59,229 nucleotides of DNA from contig CAZAVF010000002.1 in NCBI GenBank assembly GCA_964488935.1, positions 1-59,229 on the forward strand, in the 5' to 3' direction. The notes beneath the pieces are model-generated. The model ran no database searches. It had not been told where the DNA came from and was given only the letters and a program-made list of their open reading frames with translations. Both the position numbers and the translations under genes were made by a program. Within the stretch, counting starts at the first letter, position 1. Every line of letters starts with the position of its first letter. Positions 43,553 through 52,796 of this stretch are shown here, one piece after another. Source of the DNA: an uncultured Planctomycetales bacterium. Lineage in GTDB: Bacteria > Omnitrophota > Gorgyraeia > Gygaellales > Profunditerraquicolaceae.

Positions 43553-45092
43553 AGCAATACACCCACATCCCCTGGAATTCCTTTTCCAGCTTCAATCTAA
43601 GACGGTCATCCAGTCTCTTTTTAACGAGATAAGAATTATAGTCCACGGTTTTTCCTCTCGGCCAGTCGCAGGCGAGGACGAAAAGCCTTTTGAACTCCAT
43701 GTCCCCGGTCTTGTCCAGCGGGATATTGAACTCGCTCTCTTTTTTGGGTTCCATATAACTCGGCGTAAGGCAGCCGGGGGCGAAAATAAAACGGAATCTG
43801 CCCAGGCGTCCGGCCTCGTTCTTTTTGCGCTTGTCGAAGAAAACGTGGTTTTTCCCTTCGCTGTACCAGATCAGGGGCAGTTTGAGGGAATCGTTGGTGA
43901 AGGCTATTATGTCCCCGTCCCCGGAATTCGCCTTGAGGAATTCCACCGCCGCTTTGAACGGTTTCTTCAGATGCACGCCGACGTGGTGGCTTAAGGCGGC
44001 CGGCATACGGTCGGTAAAGAAGCCGTGTATGCCCAAGGCGACAAGGAAAAAGGCCGCCGCCAGGAATACCGCGCGCAGTTTTCTTCCCAGGGCGTCCAAT
44101 CCGGCCCCCAGCAGCAGGTAGTAAAAAGGCGCGGAGACGATAAGCCCGCGGTCGAGGTACATAGGCACGAATAGACGTGAGAAGGCGAACGCGGCCAGCA
44201 CCGGGAAGGCGAGGAGCAGGCAGGAGAAGCCGGCCGTTTTCCTCTCCGCAGGATTTCTTTGTATCCTGCGGAGAGCGGCTGCGCACAGGACAACGGCGAC
44301 CGCATCGAAGAGCCGGTAGGCAGCCAGGGAGCTGTTATAGCCCAGCACGAAATTCTCGAGGGTTATCGGCAGCGATCTCCATCCCGGGGGAGGTATCCAG
44401 TATGCGTTGAGCGTGTGAGACAGTCTTGTCCAGGATTGCGCCAGCAGGGGGATAAAAGCGGCCGCGGTCAGCGCCGTCCACAACGCCGATCCCGACAGGC
44501 GGTCCTTCCCGGAATAAACGAAAAAACAGATCACCTGCGCCGCCGCGAAGAAAATGTAATAAGGATGGGTATAAATACCGGCTATGGCGCACGCCAGCGA
44601 CACGAAAATGTATTTGCGCGTTCCGTATGCGGGTCCTCCGTTGTCCTGCCGGACGATGGAAAGATACTGGAAATAGGCGGAGGCAAGGGCGCAGCATGCA
44701 AGCATACTGTAACAGCGCGCTTCCTGGGCGTACCACAACTGGAAAGGGGAGAGGGCCGTCAATAGCGCGGCATACAGCCCGCACCGCCTGTTGAAAAGCT
44801 CCTTGCCTAAAAGGTATACCAGGAGTACGCATATCGAATTGAACAACAATGAGGGGAACCGCAGGCTTGCCTCTGAGAATCCGAAGATCTTCGTCCAGCC
44901 GGCCATAATAAAATAATACAGCGAGGGATCCGGGATCTTGAATATGCTCAATTTGCATATCCGTATCACGGTAATTATTTCATCATACCAAAGGTCGTGG
45001 TATCCTATATGCCAGGCCCTGATGATAACGCCGGCCGTAAGGATCAGGCATGGTATCGCTGGGATACGTTTGGGGAAAGGGTCGTTGGTCAT
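43539..45092 (-). CDS. GT-C fold glycosyltransferase (family 39 / ArnT-PMT-like) with C-terminal soluble domain
   Basis: Multi-TM N-terminus with an early HDLWYDEIIT (D-E motif in the first loop) and about 11 helices. About 150-aa C-terminal non-membrane domain. Confidence 0.7.
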   Translation of the reverse strand: MTNDPFPKRIPAIPCLILTAGVIIRAWHIGYHDLWYDEIITVIRICKLSIFKIPDPSLYYFIMAGWTKIFGFSEASLRFPSLLFNSICVLLVYLLGKELFNRRCGLYAALLTALSPFQLWYAQEARCYSMLACCALASAYFQYLSIVRQDNGGPAYGTRKYIFVSLACAIAGIYTHPYYIFFAAAQVICFFVYSGKDRLSGSALWTALTAAAFIPLLAQSWTRLSHTLNAYWIPPPGWRSLPITLENFVLGYNSSLAAYRLFDAVAVVLCAAALRRIQRNPAERKTAGFSCLLLAFPVLAAFAFSRLFVPMYLDRGLIVSAPFYYLLLGAGLDALGRKLRAVFLAAAFFLVALGIHGFFTDRMPAALSHHVGVHLKKPFKAAVEFLKANSGDGDIIAFTNDSLKLPLIWYSEGKNHVFFDKRKKNEAGRLGRFRFIFAPGCLTPSYMEPKKESEFNIPLDKTGDMEFKRLFVLACDWPRGKTVDYNSYLVKKRLDDRLRLKLEKEFQGMWVYCYEKR

Positions 45093-45215
45093 ACATTCAC
45101 GGGCATGAGGTCCCTGTTTCAGGGAACATTTTACAATACCGGTATGTTTATGTCAAAAGCAAAAGAACTGCCGGTCGGTCATACGTTAAAATCCTGAGGG
45201 ATACCGGTTTAAAAA

Positions 45216-45224
45216 TGGTATAAT
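45216..45224 (+). promoter_or_regulatory. Extended -10 promoter element (TGGTATAAT) in the divergent intergenic region
   Basis: TGgTATAAT at 45216-45224, about 95 nt upstream of the 45318 start. Confidence 0.45.
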
Positions 45225-45317
45225 TATTTATGCGCGCGCGGCCGGATGATATCACGGGATACTCCCCCGGCGTTTTGCTTCCCGGGAGGAACGGATGAAG
45301 GAGCGGACTGAAGGTAT

Positions 45318-46103
45318 ATGGGTAATATGCGTATATTCTGGTTGACGGCTGTATTCATCGTTCTTTTTTTCCCCCCGGCCAGGTGCGAAAAGCTGCATCT
45401 CAAGGACGGCAGGGCAGTGAAGGGGGTCATAATAGAGGAGAACGGCAAATATGTGGAAATAGTGGATGCCGTTTACGGAAGCCCCAGGTTGTATTTCTCC
45501 GGTGAGATCGACAGGATAACCGACGACTCAGGCCGGCCCAGGAAAGATCTGCCGGTGCCGGATAATCTTCCAGTCCCGGCATATCCTCTTTACAGCAACT
45601 CCGAGTTCGGGTTTGAAATACCGGTGCCGGACGGCTGGGCGATGTCAGCTTCCGGGTCCGCGCATTCCCGCCCGGGGAAAAAGCTGCTTATGGAGGCGAC
45701 CTTTCTCCCGGAGAAGGATAAAACGATACCCTATCTGCGTATCCAGGTGTTCGACACGGATAATTCCCGGGATCTTTTACTGTCGGTAAAGGACAGGATG
45801 AGGAAACAGCTGCTGGTCTGGAAAAAGAAAGGTATCCTTGCTCTTCAGGTCAAGGAATGGCCGCGCATCCGCGCCGCCGGGGGGCAGGAATATATAAGCA
45901 GGGAACTGCTTTTTATAGCTCCGGAAAAAAGCAGACGCCGGTATCAGCCGGGCACGCAGATAGTGCTGGTGGACACTTTTTTCCCGGGGAAGAGGTATAT
46001 AGTTAAGGTTTCCCTGTGCGTGTATCTTGAAGAAAGCAGCCGGTACAAGGCGCTGTACGGGGAGTTGGTCGAAGGCTTTCGTTTCAACGGGCAGGACCGG
46101 TAA
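45318..46103 (+). CDS. Secreted hypothetical protein
   Basis: Signal-like MRIFWLTAVFIVLFFPPARC. The N-terminal module KLHLKDGRAVKGVIIEENGKYVEIV....YFSGEIDRI is shared with the 38133 protein. Confidence 0.55.
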   Translation: MGNMRIFWLTAVFIVLFFPPARCEKLHLKDGRAVKGVIIEENGKYVEIVDAVYGSPRLYFSGEIDRITDDSGRPRKDLPVPDNLPVPAYPLYSNSEFGFEIPVPDGWAMSASGSAHSRPGKKLLMEATFLPEKDKTIPYLRIQVFDTDNSRDLLLSVKDRMRKQLLVWKKKGILALQVKEWPRIRAAGGQEYISRELLFIAPEKSRRRYQPGTQIVLVDTFFPGKRYIVKVSLCVYLEESSRYKALYGELVEGFRFNGQDR

Positions 46104-46153
46104 GCGTCCGCCGTTTTCTCCCGGCGGCGGCAAAGCGGCTGCCATATGAAGAG

Positions 46154-47593
46154 GTGAAGGTGCGTCCAGGAAAAACAATAAAGATAATGATCGTGTCGGC
46201 GGCGGCGGTTTTTTTCGCGGCGGCGTGGTATGTTTCGGAGTTGAAAAAGGCCGAACGGGCATACCGCGAACTGTATGGCGTTTTCCAGGAATACCTGAGC
46301 GCGGAGGATGACATGTTCAAAGCGCTCTCTCTGCGCATTGACCAGACCAGGCGCTGGCTTACCTGGGGGCAGTCGGCGAAAATAGTCCTGAGCGACCCTT
46401 TAGGACAACAGTGGATATTCAAACCATGCCTGCTGCAGGATAGAAGCGGTTTTACATCTTTTTTAAGCTGCAGCGAGAAGTTCAGCGCCGTGGCTATTTA
46501 CCGTATCTACAAGCTTTTCGGGGTGGCCACTCCGAGAGTCGGTGTGATTAACCTGAAAGTGAACGGGAAGGTCCTTTCCGGATCTCTGCAGGAGTACGTC
46601 CCCAATGAAGGCGTGTTAAGGACGGAATATTTCCCTTATCTGTCTCCTGAAGCGTGCGCGTATCTCCAGAAGTCCTACGCGCTGGACTGGATATTCGCCA
46701 ACGTGGATTTCAATCTTACCAATTTTCTGGTGGTTTCCTACAAGGACGGCCTTTCTCCCCATTGTATAATGCGCCTGGACAACGGCTATTCCATGTTCTC
46801 GAGACAGAATTGCCATTTTTATTATGCGGTGGATACGCCGGTCAAGTTCCTGCCCGGTCCGGAAGGGGACGGTGCGCGCTGGGAATACCGCAACGACGCT
46901 TATTTCTGGTTCTGGGACGATTATATCAGAGGCAGGCTTGGCCGCAGGGTCCCTTCCATTTCGGATTTCCTGTTTTTTGTGCGCGATTTTCCGGAGGACT
47001 ATCTCCACGAGCTTGTTCTTTACCAAAAAGTCCCGCGGCTGTCCTGTTCTTCCGAATGCTTCGGGATGCGTAATTATCGCGGTAACGCCGTTGCCCGGGA
47101 AGAAGAGATATACGGGAGAAAAAGAAAAGTTGTGGACGATTTCGGGAAGTTCTACCGCAATATCTCCCGCATACGAAAGAGGATCCGGATCCCCCTGATA
47201 CACAATCCGGCCGGGGTCTCAAGATACATTGCCTTTGTCGCCGGCGGTTTAAAGGAGGAGACGGCCCGCTTGCGGAAGCAGGCGGAGGCGCTGCGGAGCG
47301 AGCCGCGGTTCTCTCCCGACATCACCGCGGTCTTCTCTCTGGAAGGGCTGGCGGAAGTAAGAAAGGTGTACGATGCGTATGATCAGGATAAGGTAAAAGG
47401 AGGATTGAAAGAAGCCGTGTCATCGGCCCTGGATAATCTGCAAGGTCTTTTACGTTCGGCGTCCTGCGCCCCGGAGCGGGAGGCCTTGAATGCGTATATA
47501 GAAGAGATCACGAACATCTCCAACGGCGGCGCGCCTTCCCAGAAACTTGTCACCATAAACCGTATCATTGATTCCTGGCCGCCGGAACGCTGA
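46154..47593 (+). CDS. Membrane-anchored hypothetical protein with divergent PI3K/PI4K-like (atypical kinase) motifs
   Basis: GTG start. TM helix IMIVSAAAVFFAAAWYV. Motifs QQWIFKP, LDWIFANVDFNLTNFLV (compare DRHxxN catalytic loops) and RLDNGYSMF (compare DFG). Confidence 0.5.
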   Translation: MKVRPGKTIKIMIVSAAAVFFAAAWYVSELKKAERAYRELYGVFQEYLSAEDDMFKALSLRIDQTRRWLTWGQSAKIVLSDPLGQQWIFKPCLLQDRSGFTSFLSCSEKFSAVAIYRIYKLFGVATPRVGVINLKVNGKVLSGSLQEYVPNEGVLRTEYFPYLSPEACAYLQKSYALDWIFANVDFNLTNFLVVSYKDGLSPHCIMRLDNGYSMFSRQNCHFYYAVDTPVKFLPGPEGDGARWEYRNDAYFWFWDDYIRGRLGRRVPSISDFLFFVRDFPEDYLHELVLYQKVPRLSCSSECFGMRNYRGNAVAREEEIYGRKRKVVDDFGKFYRNISRIRKRIRIPLIHNPAGVSRYIAFVAGGLKEETARLRKQAEALRSEPRFSPDITAVFSLEGLAEVRKVYDAYDQDKVKGGLKEAVSSALDNLQGLLRSASCAPEREALNAYIEEITNISNGGAPSQKLVTINRIIDSWPPER

Positions 47594-47630
47594 TTTACCG
47601 CCTGACCGGTTTTACTGAGCCGGGGTGGCG

Positions 47631-48527
47631 TCAACGCGATGCGTGCAGGACGGCGATGTATACGCCGGAGATTATCAGCGCAGCGCTGAATAATATCTTT
47701 TTGGTTATCCTTTCGTGTTCCCGGAGAAAGACGCGGCTGAGAAGCAGGGTGGCAAGCGGAGTGACGGCGAAGACGGGGACGACCAGCGAGACCTTCCCGT
47801 AAAGAAGGGATCCCAGGTCGGTGATCTCTCCCATTGAGGTCAGCAGGGCGGCGGAGACGATATATGCGGTCTCCCTGCGGTGAACGAAGAATTCCTTCAC
47901 CTCCTGCCGGTATTTCCCTCTTCTGCAGATAATATAAACGCTCATGCATGCGGAAGCGCTTGTCGCCGCCACCGCCGAGGCGAATACCGGATGCGGCATG
48001 ATACCGAGACCGTATTTTCTCAAGTTCGCGGCAAGTCCGGCCAGGACGGCCGCGCACACCGGGTAGAGCAGATGGGCCTTTCTGTAGCGCTCCGAGTCCC
48101 CCTGTTCGCGGGTTATCAGCACCGTGCCGGCGATTATCAGCGCGATGCCGGCGAATATCGGCGGCCCGGGCGATTCCCCCAGCATCCTGACCGCGATAAG
48201 CACGGCGAAGAGAGGCGTCAGCGCCCGCAGCGGGGCGGCGCGTCCGGCTCCGAGCGTGTGTATGCCGTAATAAGTGAGCGTTCTTACCAAAGGGGGGGCG
48301 AACATCCCTATGACCGCGAAGACGATTATCCCTGCGCGGCAGGAAAAATAAGCTTCCCCGCCGGTGCAGAAAGTTATCAGCCAGAGGAATACCGTGCTGA
48401 GCAGCACCGAAAAGAAGGATACCAGGAACGGGCTAAGCCTGGCAAAGCCTTTCTTAAGCAGGATATTGGAGGACGCGGTGATCAGGGCCATCAGCAATGC
48501 CAGAAATACGGCCGTTTGCATATACAC
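47631..48527 (-). CDS. EamA/DMT-superfamily transporter
   Basis: 298 aa, about 10 TM segments in two-fold repeat organisation. The N-terminus ...ALITASSNILLKKGF is typical of EamA. Confidence 0.75.
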   Translation of the reverse strand: MYMQTAVFLALLMALITASSNILLKKGFARLSPFLVSFFSVLLSTVFLWLITFCTGGEAYFSCRAGIIVFAVIGMFAPPLVRTLTYYGIHTLGAGRAAPLRALTPLFAVLIAVRMLGESPGPPIFAGIALIIAGTVLITREQGDSERYRKAHLLYPVCAAVLAGLAANLRKYGLGIMPHPVFASAVAATSASACMSVYIICRRGKYRQEVKEFFVHRRETAYIVSAALLTSMGEITDLGSLLYGKVSLVVPVFAVTPLATLLLSRVFLREHERITKKILFSAALIISGVYIAVLHASR

Positions 48528-48684
48528 TCCCGTTTTTCAGCCCGCCGGAGGAATACGGTTGAAAATACCCCCGGGCGGCAGATACAGACCAGCATAACAC
48601 AGGTTTTCAGACGATGTCAACAGCTTAGGCTTTACTTCCGGGTAACGATCACCGGTGCGCGGCATCCCGTAACTAAGGATTGAT

Positions 48685-48713
48685 TTGACAAGCCGGAACA
48701 GGTATTTTAATAT
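48685..48713 (+). promoter_or_regulatory. Strong sigma70-like promoter
   Basis: TTGACA (48685-48690), 17-nt spacer, TAATAT (48708-48713). About 210 nt upstream of the SDR start codon. Confidence 0.6.
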
Positions 48714-48927
48714 ATAGTTTAATCCCCTCTTCCAGGGATCTCCGGATTAAAGCCAGGGGATAAATATGGGAATGCTTCGGGGATGTCGCGGGAAAAGGCA
48801 AGAGCCTCCGGTTTTAACCCGGGGAACTTCACCCGCTGTGGTCCCGTATGTAAATACGGCCGTTTACGGCGGCTCCCCGGAACAGCGTGTACGGACAGCC
48901 GTTGCACAGGCAAAGGAGAAGAATAGA

Positions 48928-49704
48928 ATGGATCAAGGGATGCAAGGAAAAACAGCCATCGTTACCGGGGCCAGCAGGGGCATCGGCAGGGCCCTGGCTT
49001 GCAGCGCCGCCGGACTGGGGGTAAACCTGGCCATCGCCGCCCGGCAGTATGAGCCGCTTAAAGCCACTGCGGAGGAGATATCGGGAAAATTCGGGGTCAA
49101 GGTACTGCCGGTTGCCGCCGACGTCACCAAACTCGACGATCTGCGCGCCCTGGTGGATAAGACCAGGGAGGAATTCGGCTCAATAGATATACTTATAAAC
49201 AATGCCGGCGTCTCCAGCCAGTATCCTTTCCAGCAGCAGCCGATAGAGGATTTCGAGAAACTGGTCTATACGAACTATCTCGGCTACGTCAGATTGATAA
49301 GACTGGTGATAGATGAGATGATACAGAAACGCTCCGGCGCCATCATCAATATGGTTTCCGGCTCCACGCTTTGCGATCCCATACCGAGAAATTTCCTCGT
49401 TTACAGTTCCCTTAAAGTAGGCCTGCGGGCTTTTTCCAAAGGGTTGTTCTGGGAATTGCGCGATTACGGGATCAAGGTGACCTCCATCCTTCCGGGAGTC
49501 ACCGATACCGATCTTACCGGCAAGCTCAGCGAAATAACGGCCGATGCCTCCAGGTTGATGAGCACCGAGGCCATAGAGAACGCGGTGAAATTCGCCCTTA
49601 CCGTTCCGGCCAACGTCTGCCCGCTGGAGATATCCGTGATCAACCAGCAGACGCCCTGGACGGCCCCGGTCATCCCTTTTAAACAGCAGCATCCCGGCAA
49701 ATAA
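48928..49704 (+). CDS. Short-chain dehydrogenase/reductase (SDR)
   Basis: GKTAIVTGASRGIGRALA (TGxxxGxG), NNAG, and the YSSLK (YxxxK) catalytic motif. The start was moved to the ATG at 48928, preceded by an AAGGAGAAG RBS. Confidence 0.85.
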   Translation: MDQGMQGKTAIVTGASRGIGRALACSAAGLGVNLAIAARQYEPLKATAEEISGKFGVKVLPVAADVTKLDDLRALVDKTREEFGSIDILINNAGVSSQYPFQQQPIEDFEKLVYTNYLGYVRLIRLVIDEMIQKRSGAIINMVSGSTLCDPIPRNFLVYSSLKVGLRAFSKGLFWELRDYGIKVTSILPGVTDTDLTGKLSEITADASRLMSTEAIENAVKFALTVPANVCPLEISVINQQTPWTAPVIPFKQQHPGK

Positions 49705-49717
49705 AAGGAGCGGCGCC

Positions 49718-50134
49718 TTGGACGAGAAAGACGTTCTATCCCTGAAAAGGAGGTATCTGCTCTGGCTTTACAAGACCACCAAGGAGGCATTTGACCGTTA
49801 CGAGCGCAAATTCACCCAGCTGGAGATAGACAGATTCATCCTGGAGGAGATCTCCAGGGAGTGCCGGCAGGCGTATCTTTCCGATGAAAAAGAGGAGATC
49901 GGCAAGCAGGTGGAAGCGATGCGCGGTTATGTGTCGGAAAAAGAGAACGCCTGTCTTAAACTGAAATACCGGGGGAAAAAGATAAACCCGGAATATCTGT
50001 TCCTGGACATAAAACTTCAGGCGCTGGAGAAAGCGATCGTCAGGGAACTCGGCAACGAGGAATTGCAGCGTATTAAAACTCTCTACGAGCAGGAGATGTC
50101 GGAGAGGATACTCCATTCCAGGGAAGAAAAATAG
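49718..50134 (+). CDS. Hypothetical protein (helical, charged)
   Basis: TTG start 7 nt after an AAGGAG RBS. 138 aa, no recognisable family. Confidence 0.5.
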   Translation: MDEKDVLSLKRRYLLWLYKTTKEAFDRYERKFTQLEIDRFILEEISRECRQAYLSDEKEEIGKQVEAMRGYVSEKENACLKLKYRGKKINPEYLFLDIKLQALEKAIVRELGNEELQRIKTLYEQEMSERILHSREEK

Positions 50135-50161
50135 GTCCCTGCCCAATGAAAGGCCGCAGTA

Positions 50162-51079
50162 ATGATAATCGACGCCCACTGCCATTGGCTGCCGGAAGAG
50201 ATAATCACCAGCGCGCATTTTTTCTCCAGGGCCTGGGGTGATATCGAGGCCGGCCTGTCCTCCATGGAGGCCAACGGCATAGACGCCGCGGTCCTGACGT
50301 ACCCCTCCAGCGACGCGCATCTTAAGCTGGGCGGTTACGCGGCGGCCGCGGATATATTCAACGCCAACCTCGCGCTCCTGGTAAAAAAGTATCCCGGCAG
50401 GGTCATCGGTTCGGCGGTGCTGCCTTTCGGGGACGGGAAAGCTATGGCGGATGCGGTACGCCGCGCCCATGAAGAGCAGGGGCTGCGCGCGGTTTCCCTG
50501 GCGAGCAGTTACGGCGGGGTGTTCCTGGATGACGCGATGTTCGAACCCGCTTACCGGGCCGCCGCCGGGGCCGGTATGCCGGTATTCGTGCATTCCCAGA
50601 CGGTATCCCCGGCCGGCAGCGAGCGCGTCGACGATCCGCTGTTGACCCCGGTGGTGGAATACGTTTTCGACATCACGCTCTGCATCGGGAAGATGCTTAT
50701 GTCCGGCCTCCTGCGGGAATACGCGGGGGGCATAAAGTTCATTTTCGCCAATTCCGGCGGGGCGATACCTTATCTCGCCGCGCGTTTCGACGACACTTAC
50801 AGGATGCTGCGCGGGGTGAATTTCGTCAAGGACCTCGGCTCCGATCCCTCGGAGCAGCTGCGCGGCATCTACGCGGACACCGGGGGGGAAAGGGAAAGCG
50901 CCGCCCTGCTGCCGGCCCTGCGGTTCTTCGGACCCGACAAGCTGCTCTGGGGCAGCGACTGGCCGGCGAAAAAGGACGCCGCCGCATCGTTGAAAGCGGT
51001 GAGGGGACTGGGGCTGGGGAAAAGGGAAGAAGATGGGATAACCGGAGGCACTCTTGCCTCCCTTTTGGGCATCTCATAG
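50162..51079 (+). CDS. Amidohydrolase_2 (ACMSD-like metal-dependent hydrolase/decarboxylase) family protein
   Basis: MIIDAHCHWLPEE N-terminal metal-binding HxH motif, and a C-terminal LLWGSDWP motif. Confidence 0.75.
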   Translation: MIIDAHCHWLPEEIITSAHFFSRAWGDIEAGLSSMEANGIDAAVLTYPSSDAHLKLGGYAAAADIFNANLALLVKKYPGRVIGSAVLPFGDGKAMADAVRRAHEEQGLRAVSLASSYGGVFLDDAMFEPAYRAAAGAGMPVFVHSQTVSPAGSERVDDPLLTPVVEYVFDITLCIGKMLMSGLLREYAGGIKFIFANSGGAIPYLAARFDDTYRMLRGVNFVKDLGSDPSEQLRGIYADTGGERESAALLPALRFFGPDKLLWGSDWPAKKDAAASLKAVRGLGLGKREEDGITGGTLASLLGIS

Positions 51080-51112
51080 AGGACCGGGCTCAACAACAGC
51101 AAGGAGCGATTC

Positions 51113-51865
51113 ATGAAAATGGTGAAGGACGTGCATCTGACCGGAAAAGATCTTACAGCGATGGTCCAGCTCAGGCCGCAGGACGTGGGTAAATACGCGG
51201 TCGTGCCGGGCCCCCGCGACAGGCTTGACGTGCTGATGAAGAAGATAGAGGAGCCCGTGCGCAATTTTTCCTTCATGGAATACACTATGTATACCGGGAC
51301 ATACAAAGGGGTGAAGATCACCGCCATCAACGGCGGCAGGTTCTCCACCGATACCGCCATCACCGCCGAGGTGATCTGTCATTCCGGCATAAAGAACGTC
51401 GTCCGCATCGGCACCTGCGGCGCCCTGGACGAGAAGATGAAGGTCGGGGACCTGGTTATTGCGGATACAGTGCTGCGGGGCGACGGGGTAACTCCTTATT
51501 ACGTGGACGGTTCTTTCGTCACAAAGGCGGACAAACAGCTCTCCGACGTGCTTTTCTCGTCGGCGGAGGCGGCCGGGGCGTCCGTGCACCGCGGATGCGT
51601 CTGGAGCACCGACGCTTTATTGAGGGAGACCAGGGAGATAGTGGAGGACAAACGCGCCAAAGGGGCGGTGGCGGTGGACATGGTCTCCTCTTCCCTGTTG
51701 ACCATCGCGCAGTTCTATAACGTGCGCGCTGCCTCCATTCTGGCGGTCAGCGACAACGTTATCACCGGGGAAATGGGTTTTATGAACCCTCTGTATTACA
51801 TGGCGGAGACGAAATTGATAGAAATAGCGCTGGCGGCAGTGCTGCAACTGGAAGGGAAGAAATGA
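51113..51865 (+). CDS. Nucleoside phosphorylase, PNP_UDP_1 family (uridine / purine / MTA-5'-deoxyadenosine phosphorylase-like)
   Basis: YAVVPGPRDRLDVL (GDPxR-like), VVRIGTCGAL and AVAVDMVSS motifs typical of hexameric nucleoside phosphorylases. Confidence 0.75.
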   Translation: MKMVKDVHLTGKDLTAMVQLRPQDVGKYAVVPGPRDRLDVLMKKIEEPVRNFSFMEYTMYTGTYKGVKITAINGGRFSTDTAITAEVICHSGIKNVVRIGTCGALDEKMKVGDLVIADTVLRGDGVTPYYVDGSFVTKADKQLSDVLFSSAEAAGASVHRGCVWSTDALLRETREIVEDKRAKGAVAVDMVSSSLLTIAQFYNVRAASILAVSDNVITGEMGFMNPLYYMAETKLIEIALAAVLQLEGKK

Positions 51866-52794
51866 AATCCTCCCCGTTATTCTGGCCGGTCTTCCTTAAA
51901 GGAAGGACTATAAGCGTACTGGACGAGACGTCGCTTCCCGGCGTTCCCCGCTATCTTAAGGTCGCGGGTTACCGGCAATCGGTGCAGGTGATCAGGCGCA
52001 TGCAGACCAGGGCGATCGGGCAGGTGCTGCTCGTGATGTATACTTTCCTGCTGGAGATCAGGAAAAGCGGGGGAAAGCCGGACCTGCAGGGTCTGGAAAG
52101 GGCCGCGCAGGCGCTTAATTCGGCCCGTCCCACACTGCCGTTCAAAATGCTTACCGGCATGGTCCTGGGCTGGGCGCAGGCCGGGGAACCGGTGGAACAG
52201 AGGATATCGGGTTTCCTTGATAAATTGAAAGCCGCCAGGACAGCGCAGGCCGGGGAAGCCTCCGCGCTTTTCAATGACGGGGACAGCGTGCTTACGCACT
52301 GCAACGTCAGCGGGCTTCTGCCTTTGATCGCGGGCCTTTGCCGGCAAAAAGGCAAAGTCATTTCTTTTTATGCCACCGAGACCAGGCCTTACTGGCAGGG
52401 CAGCCGCCTGACGGCCTGGGAATTGAAAAAAGCCGGGGTGCAGGTGACGGTGATAACCGACGGCATGGCGGCGCAGGTGATGAAGGAGAAAAGAGTCAAT
52501 AAGGTCATCACCGGGGCCGACCATCTTGCGGCCAACGGGGACATCGCCAACAAGATCGGCACGCTGCAGCTGGCGATCTGCGCGAAATACTTCGGGCTGC
52601 CTTTTTACGTGCTTTGTCCGCCTCCTTCGAAGGCGGACAGCGGGGAGGATATAAAGATCGAGGTCAGGGAAGGGAAGGAATTGCTCTCTTACCGCGGGCT
52701 GAAGTTCGCCCCGTCCGGAGTGGAGGCTTATTACCCGGCTTTCGACGTCACCCCCGCAGGGCTTATCACTCAACATATCCATATGAGGTTTTGA
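51862..52794 (+). CDS. mtnA: eIF-2B alpha/beta/delta-related sugar-1-phosphate isomerase (MtnA-like 5-methylthioribose-1-P / 5-deoxyribose-1-P isomerase)
   Basis: ETRPYWQGSRLTAWEL and VITGADHLAANGDIANKIGTLQLAICAK match the MtnA/M1Pi signatures. ATGA overlap with the upstream gene. Confidence 0.75.
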   Translation: MKSSPLFWPVFLKGRTISVLDETSLPGVPRYLKVAGYRQSVQVIRRMQTRAIGQVLLVMYTFLLEIRKSGGKPDLQGLERAAQALNSARPTLPFKMLTGMVLGWAQAGEPVEQRISGFLDKLKAARTAQAGEASALFNDGDSVLTHCNVSGLLPLIAGLCRQKGKVISFYATETRPYWQGSRLTAWELKKAGVQVTVITDGMAAQVMKEKRVNKVITGADHLAANGDIANKIGTLQLAICAKYFGLPFYVLCPPPSKADSGEDIKIEVREGKELLSYRGLKFAPSGVEAYYPAFDVTPAGLITQHIHMRF

Positions 52795-52796
52795 AG

